The notes below the pieces were generated by a model. It did no database searches. It was not told where the DNA came from and saw only the letters and a list, made by a program, of their open reading frames with translations. Position numbers and translations under genes: made by a program. Positions 28,162-38,589 of a stretch of 64,000 bases of DNA are shown in pieces. The number at the start of each line of letters is the position of its first letter. The first letter of the stretch is position 1. Source of the stretch: Octopus vulgaris (taxonomy: Eukaryota); NCBI GenBank assembly GCA_951406725.2, contig OX597822.1, positions 51,646,001-51,710,000 of the forward strand, read 5' to 3'.

Positions 28162-28219
<58 letters not shown>

Positions 28220-28438
28220 TCAATATAGGGTGGCAAAAAAATTTTGTAAATTCTTTTGCCACCAGCGGCCTAGTAGGAAAAAATTAAATAGTCATAGACC
28301 ATTTTTAAGTTCAACATCAACAATCAAGGAACGGCCATATAGGCCATTCACCCACTAGAAATAACAGCCAAAGCTTCAACCGCAAATAAAAGTTAATTCT
28401 GTAAACCAGGAGAAAATTTAAAAAACATTTACCCTGTA

Positions 28439-28545
28439 ATTTCTTATACGATATACCGTTTCATCTGCTGATTAATGGTAAACTAACCTGATTAAATTAA
28501 ATCAAGCCAATCTTCCACAGGCCCTCAGATTCTTCAGTAAGAAAT
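28439..28545 (-). ncRNA. type I hammerhead ribozyme (array unit 1)
   Basis: Reverse complement reads helix I ATTTCTTA, core CTGAAGA, helix II ATCTG...CAGAT, GAAA, helix III CG-GTATAT-CG, TA cleavage site, helix I' TAAGAAAT. Confidence 0.88.
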
Positions 28546-28929
28546 AGCCCAAGACGGAACAGATATTTTCACGAGGCATTTCCGACCTTGCCAAGTTTAT
28601 ATCTGACCTAAAATTTTCAAATCGTCGCACTCGCGCCAAATTTATCGGCAGCAAATAAATATAAGCCGTCGATTCCATTACGAATTAACCAGAAAATTCA
28701 TAATTAATCAATATAGGGTGGCAAAAAAAATTTTGTAGAACTCTTTTGCCACCAGCGGCCTAGTAGGAAAAAATTAAATAGTCATAGACCATTTTTAAGT
28801 TCAACATCAACAATCAAGGAACGGCCATAATAGGCCATTCACACACTAGAAATAACAGCCAAAGCTTCAACCGCAAATAAAAGTTAATTCTGTAAACCAG
28901 GAGAAAATTTAAAAAACATTTACCCTGTA

Positions 28930-29036
28930 ATTTCTTATACGATATACCGTTTCATCTGCTGATTAATGGTAAACTAACCTGATTAAATTAAATCAAGCCA
29001 ATCTTCCACAGGCCCTCAGATTCTTCAGTAAGAACT
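28930..29036 (-). ncRNA. type I hammerhead ribozyme (array unit 2)
   Basis: Same motif with an intact core and one substitution in distal helix I (29035). Confidence 0.85.
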
Positions 29037-29846
29037 AGCCCAAGACGGAACAGATATTTTCACGAGGCATTTCCGACCTTGCCAAGTTTATATCTGACCT
29101 AAAATTTTCAAATCGTCGCACTCGCGCCAAATTTATCGGCAGCAAATAAATATAAGCCGTCGATTCCATTACGGAATTAACCAGAAAATTCATAATTAAT
29201 CAATATAGGGTGGCAAAAAAAATTTTGTAGAATTCTTTTGCCACCAGCGGCCTAGTAGGAAAAAATTAAATAGTCATAGACCATTTTTAAGTTCAACATC
29301 AACAATCAAGGAACGGCCATAATAGGCCATTCACCCACTAGAAATAACAGCCAAAGCTTCAACCGCAAATAAAAGTTAATTCTGTAAACCAGGAGAAAAT
29401 ATCGTGAAAATATCTGTTCCGACTTGGGCTATTTCTTACTGAAGAATCTGAGGGCCTGTAAAAAATGGGTAAATGTTTTTTAAATTTTCTCCTGGTTTAC
29501 AGAATTAACTTTTATTTGCGGTTGAAGCTTGGCTGTTATTTCTAGTGGGTGAATGGCCTATTATGGCCGTTCCTTGATTGTTGATGTTGAACTTAAAAAT
29601 GGTCTATGACTATTTAATTTTTTCCTACTAGGCCGCTGGTGGCAAAAGAATTCTACAAAATTTTTTTTGCCACCCTATATTGATTAATTATGAATTTTCT
29701 GGTTAATTCCGTAATGGAATCGACGGCTTATATTTATTTGCTGCCGATAAATTTGGCGCGAGTGCGACGATTTGAAAATTTTAGGTCAGATATAAACTTG
29801 GCAAGGTCGGAAATGCCTCGTGAAAATATCTGTTCCGTCTTGGGCT

Positions 29847-29953
29847 ATTTCTTACTGAAGAATCTGAGGGCCTGTGGAAGATTGGCTTGATTTAATTTAA
29901 TCAGGTTAGTTTACCATTAATCAGCAGATGAAACGGTATATCGTATAAGAAAT
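29847..29953 (+). ncRNA. type I hammerhead ribozyme (inverted half, first complete copy)
   Basis: ATTTCTTA 29847-54; CTGAAGA 29855-61; ATCTG 29862-66; CAGAT 29925-29; GAAA 29930-33; CGGTATATCG 29934-43; TA 29944-45 (GUA cleavage after 29945); TAAGAAAT 29946-53. Confidence 0.9.
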
Positions 29954-30338
29954 TACAGGGTAAATGTTTTTTAAATTTTCTCCTGGTTTACAGAATTAAC
30001 TTTTATTTGCGGTTGAAGCTTTGGCTGTTATTTCTAGTGGGTGAATGGCCTATTATGGCCGTTCCTTGATTGTTGATGTTGAACTTAAAAATGGTCTATG
30101 ACTATTTAATTTTTTCCTACTAGGCCGCTGGTGGCAAAAGAATTCTACAAAATTTTTTTTGCCACCCTATATTGATTAATTATGAATTTTCTGGTTAATT
30201 CCGTAATGGAATCGACGGCTTATATTTATTTGCTGCCGATAAATTTGGCGCGAGTGCGACGATTTGAAAATTTTAGGTCAGATATAAACTTGGCAAGGTC
30301 GGAAATGCCTCGTGAAAATATCTGTTCCGTCTTGGGCT

Positions 30339-30445
30339 ATTTCTTACTGAAGAATCTGAGGGCCTGTGGAAGATTGGCTTGATTTAATTTAATCAGGTTA
30401 GTTTACCATTAATCAGCAGATGAAACGGTATATCGTATAAGAAAT
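30339..30445 (+). ncRNA. type I hammerhead ribozyme (inverted half, second complete copy)
   Basis: Identical motif exactly 492 nt downstream of the previous copy. Predicted cleavage after 30437. Confidence 0.9.
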
Positions 30446-30556
30446 TACAGGGTAAATGTTTTTAAATTTTCTCCTGGTTTACAGAATTAATTTTTATTTG
30501 CGGTTGAAGCTTTGGCTGTTATTTCTAGTGGGTGAATGGCCTATTATGGCGTTCCT

Positions 30557-30626
<70 letters not shown>

Positions 30627-31378
30627 GTGTGTGTGTGTAAAACCTATCTCGCAGTATATGTATGTGTGTAGTATCATAGTCACTAAAATATATACGACTA
30701 ACAAAAGCCACATACCAAGTCAGGCGGAACATGATGTGCCTGGAGTTACTGCGTGAAACAAGAATGGCTGAACATTTATCAGAGTTTAATATCATCTACT
30801 TTACTGCACATACGAGAATGTGTGTGTATTTTTTTTTTTTGTGTGTGTGTGCGTGTGTCCCTGTGTACAGGACTACATGTGTGGATACGGAAGTAACACT
30901 GTTTTTACTGGCGCACATAACTTTTTCCTGTATTGTATATTTTTATTTTCTTGTTCTTATTTTACTTATTTAATCTGTCTTTGATTTACTACTAAACGCA
31001 TGTAGGCACTCTCTATAACATCGCAACGGAATCTGTCCTTCACCATTCCCGCCTAATGATCTACGGTCATTATCAACATGCTGTATTAATACCGTGAGAA
31101 ACAGGATATCTTTCATAGATAACCCTTATAACATCACCTAACAAGACACTACTGTGCCAAGGGAAGCATCACAACCAGTTGTACCATATCAAACCCAGGA
31201 GAGTTCGATGCAGGATGGGTCGAAATGATCGTTGCGGGTGATAAAATCTCTCGTATATTCCATTTTCCCTCTCTATGGTATGTTATGTGTGTATGTTAGT
31301 GTGTGTGTATGTGTGTGTGTATGTGTGTGTGTAAGAGTAAGATCTAAGGATCAAGGTGTAGGAAGTTAGTAAGTTTCA

Positions 31379-31788
31379 AGCAGGAGTGGCTGTGTGGTAA
31401 GTAGCTTGTTTACCAACCACATGGTTCCGGGTTCAGTCCCACTGCGTGGCACCTTGGGCAAGTGTCTTCTGCTATAGTCTCGGGCCGACCAAAGCCTTGT
31501 GAGTGGATTTGGTAGACGGAAACTGAAAGAAGCCCGTCGTATATATGTATATATATATGCGTGTGTATGTTTGTGTGTCTGTGTTTGTCCCCCTAGCATT
31601 GCTTGACAACCGATGCTGGTGTGTTTACGTCTCCGTCACTTAGCGGTTCGGCAAAAGAGACCGATAGAATAAGTACTGGGCTTACAAAAGAATAAGTCCC
31701 GGGGTCGAGTTGTTCGATTAAAGGCGGTGCTCCAGCATGGCCGCAGTCAAATGACTGAAACAAGTAAAAGAGTAAAAGAGTAAAGAGA
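31379..31788 (+). mobile_element. full-length tRNA-derived SINE
   Basis: Head with A-box TGGCTGTGTGG and B-box GGTTCAGTCCC, an internal (TA)/(TG) tract and an (AAGAGTAA)n tail. Inserted into an older repeat. Confidence 0.92.
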
Positions 31789-31989
31789 GTCCGTAGAGGG
31801 TATGAGAAGCAACTTTTAGGAATAATAGTGGTTTATTGACGTAGAAGGTTGTAAATGTTTCCCATATTGAAATTCGATAAGCTGTAAGAAGTTATTTTAT
31901 AGTTTACGGTTAAAAGCTGTGTATGCGAATAAAAATAGAAAATTAAGGGAATAGAGTTAAAAAATAATACGGAATAGAAAGGGAGAGGT

Positions 31990-33265
31990 GGAGTCTTGTA
32001 GGGTAAAAGTCTGGTATTATTGAAACTGGCTAGGAGAATGTTTGTGAATTTAGGCTTGGATCATTTACTGGGTCTCCTCTAGAGTAAATAAGTAAATATA
32101 TTGTGAGACCCTGTAAATACATTTAAACAGAGTCAAAGAAAAGGAAGCCGTAGGAATGATATAGGTTTAGAATTTATTAAGGGAGGGGAGAAGGAGAATG
32201 AGGTGGAAGATAATGGTTTTGGTCAGTAAGGGAATATAGTAATTCTAGACAAGTTTATGTTTATCGCTTAATTTTAAAACTAAATAAACGCATATCAGCG
32301 CATACTATCTTTTGTGCGCCTATAGTAACTAGTGGGTGTTTATGCGCGCGTATACGCTTCTATATTCTCATGAATAGAGGGAAGATGTAAAGAATAAAAA
32401 AAAAATTATGGAGAAAGGTTGAAATATATAAAATAAAATACTGTAAAATTTATAAAACTTTTTGTCTACTTTTTATAATTTTTACATTAACTTGACTTAT
32501 ATTTTTAAATTTGTTTTCATAGTTTTTAATTTTTATTCCTTTATCTTTTTATACTCTATATTTTTCCTAACATTTTTATTTCCTTACACCTTCCTTCTGT
32601 ACATGAGAATATACAAGCGCCCACTCGTGCATAAACACCAACTATTTACAACAGGCGCACAAAAATTAAGCTATGAACCACCAACTTACCTGGAACTATT
32701 ATATTACCCTAATGGCCAAAACTATTATCTTTCACCTTACTCTCATTCTCCCCCTCCCTAAATAAATTCTAAACTGATACCATTCCGACAGTTTTCTTTT
32801 CTTTGACTCTGTTTAAATTTACTTACAGGGTACCACAATATATTTACTTATTTATTCTACAGTGGACCCAGTAAATTCCACCAGCTTAAATTCACAAAAC
32901 GTTCTCCTAACCAGTTTCAGTAATACTAAAATTTTCCCCTAATAGTCCCCCTCTCATTTCTTTTTCATATTATTTTTTTTTCCTTAACAAGTTTAGACAT
33001 TTTACCCACAACCTTACTTCACAAATATGCTTTCCTTTTTCTTTCTCTAACTTCGTGTCTTCTACGCATTTTCGCTCGAATCTCTTGCGAGTTAACATGC
33101 GATCCCTTGTCGACAATGTTAACTTATTTTGATTGAGATATCTTTGGCCCGATGAGCAGCTAGCGGAATACCCTTCGTTTGGGCAGTTACTGCTTCGGAG
33201 ATTCTGCTAGCTATGAAATTCATGTATCCTGGATTTTATCTACTCCACTCCTTAATCCTTAACTT
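31990..33265. mobile_element. two diverged inverted copies of a PLE-like repeat
   Basis: ~32000-32400 aligns in reverse complement to ~32560-32940 (e.g. ATTTAAACAGAGTCAAAGAAAAG vs CTTTTCTTTGACTCTGTTTAAAT). The plus copy ends in a decayed hammerhead-like motif at 33149-33226. Confidence 0.7.
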
Positions 33266-33406
33266 TGGACACACATGCACACACACACATATATGCTTGT
33301 GTGTGTGTGAGGCAAACGGGAAAGATAGAACCCAAAATATGAGTATATGTATATTAATACCCACGTACCTTGTGTCACTGTGTTATCTCCGCTAAATATT
33401 CATATT

Positions 33407-33484
<78 letters not shown>

Positions 33485-33486
33485 AT

Positions 33487-33645
33487 CGACTGGTTTCTTT
33501 CAGCTACCGCCTAATAAATCAACTCAGAATTCCTTGGTTAGCTTCGAGTTACAGCAAATGAGTTGCCGTAGTTGACATGCAGTGGGACTGAACCCGGAAC
33601 TATGTGGTTAGCAGGTAAATTTTTACCACACAGCCAAGCCTGCGC
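33487..33645 (-). mobile_element. decayed SINE 5' part
   Basis: The reverse complement resembles the head of the 31379 SINE (GGCTGTGTGGTAA...GTTCCGGGTTCAGTCCCACTGC). Confidence 0.8.
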
Positions 33646-33651
33646 TTATAT

Positions 33652-34664
<1,013 letters not shown>

Positions 34665-34774
34665 CATACATACATGTGTGTGTTTGTTAAAGATGTGAGC
34701 CATCTTGTCCTAATGTTGTAGCAGACAGCAATCTCAAGTATTCCATAGAGATCTGCTGTAGGGATACTGACCAA

Positions 34775-34827
<53 letters not shown>

Positions 34828-34924
34828 CACACATATACACACATATATATGTATATATATATATACATATACACACATATACACACATGTATATGTATAT
34901 ATATGTATATATATATATATATAT

Positions 34925-35055
<131 letters not shown>

Positions 35056-36089
35056 ATTCATACATACATATGTATATAGATAGTTTTTGAAGTGATGTAC
35101 AGATATTTCATATTTAGAATAAAAAGGTAGTCAAAATGTTGGATGTTTATATATATTTTTATTTACATTCTACTTGCACTTTTACCGCTTTCTTATCGGA
35201 GTTATCAAAAAGTGGTTTAAAATTAGATTTCTTGGCCTTTTATGTATGAAAAAAATGTGGGGTTTGCCAATTAAGTAAAAATAAAAAATAAAACAGTTTG
35301 AGAAGGAGGGGAAGGTAAAGAGGGGAAGGAAGGTATGATCACACTTGTTTGTTTAGTACTTAGTGACCTTTTGTGATAAATGTACATATATACATACATA
35401 CAGACATATGATTAATGTGTGACTATATATATATTTACACACACACGTGTGTATTATTTGTATATGTACATAATCACACCAAAAGAAACGTGCTCTGTAC
35501 AGACCTTTGTGGTGAGAATATCGTCAAACCGCAAAATGTGTATCCAGTTGGCTGGTGCGTCGCTGCAACAGTAGTGATATGAGTTGAAAGCACTGATAAA
35601 AATTGATAGAATATCTTGCTGAAGCTTCTGAATGACACATCTTTAAAAACAACAAAAATGTTTACTCCAAAAGACTGCTGAAACCATCTAGTAAAGTTTC
35701 CACCTTGCTCGATATTGATCTTCTGCTGGTGAAGTAGAGTATATAGTAGTAAGACTTACCTCACAGCGTCCACGTACAACAGCCGGTGACTGGCTGAAGC
35801 TGAGAGAGATGTTAAAGAATTATGTTTCGAAAACTGAGATGCGATCAGACAAACAACTGCTGAAGAAGGTACTCTCTCTGTCAGCGATGATTGGCGTCGG
35901 CAATTTTTGCCGTTATTGCAGTCATCAAAATTTAACCGAATTGCTCCTTTCAACCAGAGAAAATGTACATATGCAATGAGTGAGAGGATGGCAGGTACGA
36001 GTTCGCAGATGCATACTTGCATCCTTCATTTGACCTGTCCTCACTGTCAGTACAGATGAAACTACTTGTTGGCTCGTGGAAGGAAATGA

Positions 36090-37385
36090 AAACTTTGTCC
36101 AAATCATTTCCATTTGCTTGAATTCCTTGGAGCAGATCTTATATCCTCTACCTTGATACCCTCTCATTTTTTCTCTTGTAAGTAGTCTAAGTCAATATAT
36201 ATTTCATTAATCCAAGGGACCTTTTTATTTTGTGTTTTTCCTTCTGCCCAAATTTTATTCCAAAATTCCTGCACTTCTTTTTATGGGACAAACTTTACTG
36301 TAACTGGTATATTCCCTATCTTCCTGTAAAATTTTTTGGGTTATTTTTGAACATGTCGTCCTAGAAGAATCTAACGCGCTTTTCATACCTTGCTATGCGC
36401 GCAGCTTTGGTACATCACTTTTGAATTGATAGTTTCTACGGTGCTATTGATGTCAAGCATGGTTTTCATATATTTTTACTTTAGTTTTCGGATTTTTGGT
36501 GGAGTTTGATAGTTTTGTCAAACTTAAGGCTTTTTAAACATTCTATGTGAGACCTAAGTAACTGAATTTGGTGTTGAATACGTTCTTGCCAAGTAAGATT
36601 TTTGTGGGAATGTTGTTTTCTATTCTTTTCACCACATAGAATCGTTGAGATTTTCGTGCATGCATAGCACAGGTGGTGGCGAACTGTAATATCAATCATA
36701 TTAGTTGAAATTATATTGTTAAGTGCTAGGTGGATTTTACCAATTACTTTCAGGTTTGGGTTAGAAATGCAAATTTATGGGAGAGTGTCACGTTCATTCA
36801 TATTTGTTTCTTTAATTTCCAGCCATTCAATCACGATTTGATTTTTTAGACCATCTAGTTCAGTTAGGTCAATTTCTGTGTGACTTTCTTCATCTATTTG
36901 ATTTTCATCTGCCTTAGCGTTTATGGTTGGCTCAAAGAGTATTTCACTTTGCTTATCAGTTATATTGACTCTTTCTATCAATACTGGGTTTTCATCTGAT
37001 CTGGGTTGGTCTATAATTATTTTCTCTGTAGTATTTTCTTTAGCTGTAGCTTCGTTTCTTTTATCTCTTACTGTTTGTTTAATTTGGTCAATCTCTAATT
37101 CAGTTAGTAATTCCTTTTTCATAATGTTCCTTCTGACGTTGGCAAGTTTATCACTGTTTATGTAGGGTCTTACTTGAAGGTGTTTCTGTTTCCAGTTTCA
37201 GTACGTTTGTACAATATTAGATTTATTTGTGAGGGAAAATATGGCTTGGAACGTTAGGTTGAACAACTGATCTCTCCTCAGTCACTTTAAACACACCCTT
37301 CTCTACCCAAAGTGTTCGCCTTATTTTAGGTTCACTTTCTAAGTAGCATCACTATCGTGTTTTCTTCGCTGGTCCACTTATTCAT
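36090..37385 (-). mobile_element. R4/Dong-like non-LTR retrotransposon, N-terminal ORF remnant
   Basis: Fragments: KWTSEEN, KLANVRRNIMKKELLTELEIDQIK, TWQERIQHQIQLLRSHI, AARIARYEKR, MFKNNPKKFYR, VQEFWNKIW and IRSAPRNSSKWK. Confidence 0.75.
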
Positions 37386-38432
37386 CCTTGCTCTATTATC
37401 TGCTGATGCTGTATTAGGATAACAGCTGTAGTCAGTGTAAATCTTCACTGAACCACTGCCGAGCGAGATGCATTTGCTTAATGGTCTAGCTTCATTTTCG
37501 CTGTTACAACAATATTTTCTACGGAAACTACTGTCTCTCATAAAATGAGATGAGGTAATGTTCGCCACCATCATCACTACTATTATTTTTCGACATCTGA
37601 AAGTTTCAATCAGCTTTCTATTGCATCATTTGTTGCACGTTCATGCTGGTGTGGTGATGCGTGATGCATTTTTTAGAGGGAGTTGGTATATTGTATTGTA
37701 TCAGTATGTTTTGTTGTGGTTTGGTTTGAGACTTCTGTTTTTGCATTGTGTGTTGTTTGTGTAGCGCAGGTTGCGTTTTTCTGTCGACTATCGGGCTTCT
37801 ATGGCTCATGCTGTGGGTTTTGTTCATATTCTTGGGTATTTACAGTATGTGTTTATTCTTTAATGTTTTTTTTTTGCGGTGTGGGTGTTGCATAGTATTG
37901 TATGTAAATCATAGATCAACTATCTCATAGTATTTATGATTATCTATCCGCCTATCAGAGAAGACTCTGGTGTTTTTGCAATAAAGAAGGATGCTTACAT
38001 TTTCTTATACTCAGGGAGAAAGGAAAGGAAAGAAAAGGTGGGTAAAATTTCACCGAAAATTGTAGATATGAAAGTTTTAAATTTTACTAAAGATAATCTT
38101 TTGTTTGTTCGAACATTGAAAACTAGTGTTCTTAGAATAAAAAGGATTTTTATATTTTCGAATACTCAGGGAGAAAAGGATATGTCTTTACAGAAGTTGT
38201 AGATATTAAAGTTTTAAAGCTAATCGCTTGTATGTTTCAAAACTTTAGATATGTAAGTTTCTTAACTTATTTTGAGAGAAATTTTAAATACTCACAGGAA
38301 ATTGTAGATATTCCAGTCTTTAAGAGTTATTCTTCAGTTGTCCTGCTAGGTTGTATTAGTGCTTCTGTCTCTTCGGCTGTTATCTGGTCAGAGCAACAAA
38401 GAACACGTCCAGCCGCTGTCAAGGCTGGAGAT

Positions 38433-38452
38433 TATAATTATTATTATTATTA

Positions 38453-38516
<64 letters not shown>

Positions 38517-38530
38517 CATTACTATTATTT
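38433..38530. repeat. (TAT)n microsatellite
   Basis: Direct reading. Confidence 0.97.
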
Positions 38531-38589
38531 TTATACCGCTGTTTGTTTTGATTTTAAAATTGAAAAACTCACCCTTGTTTGTAAAGACA

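Larger units (their letters stand above)
28213..30560. repeat. head-to-head tandem array of ~492-bp non-coding units (retrozyme/PLE pLTR-like)
   Basis: Unit starts (TAATTAATCAATATAGGGTGG) at 28213, 28701 and 29193; the last unit is truncated at ~29400. Orientation flips at ~29401-29403. Inverted units run to 29690, 30182 and 30560 (partial). Units differ by only a few bases. Flanked by (TA)n. Confidence 0.97.

Noticed and set aside
29690-30382. Two identical 66-aa ORFs (MNFLVNSVMESTAY...) in the array
   Set aside because: Identity follows from the tandem duplication. There is no recognisable domain, and the ORF overlaps the ribozyme core, so it is likely a chance ORF.
28213-30560. CRISPR-like or plain satellite interpretation of the array
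   Set aside because: There are no unique spacers, the units are ~492 bp and the context is eukaryotic. The embedded hammerhead and (TA)n insertion site fit a retro-transcribed RNA element better.
31379-31460. tRNA gene
   Set aside because: The A/B boxes belong to a SINE head. There is no complete cloverleaf, and the sequence continues into SINE body and tail.
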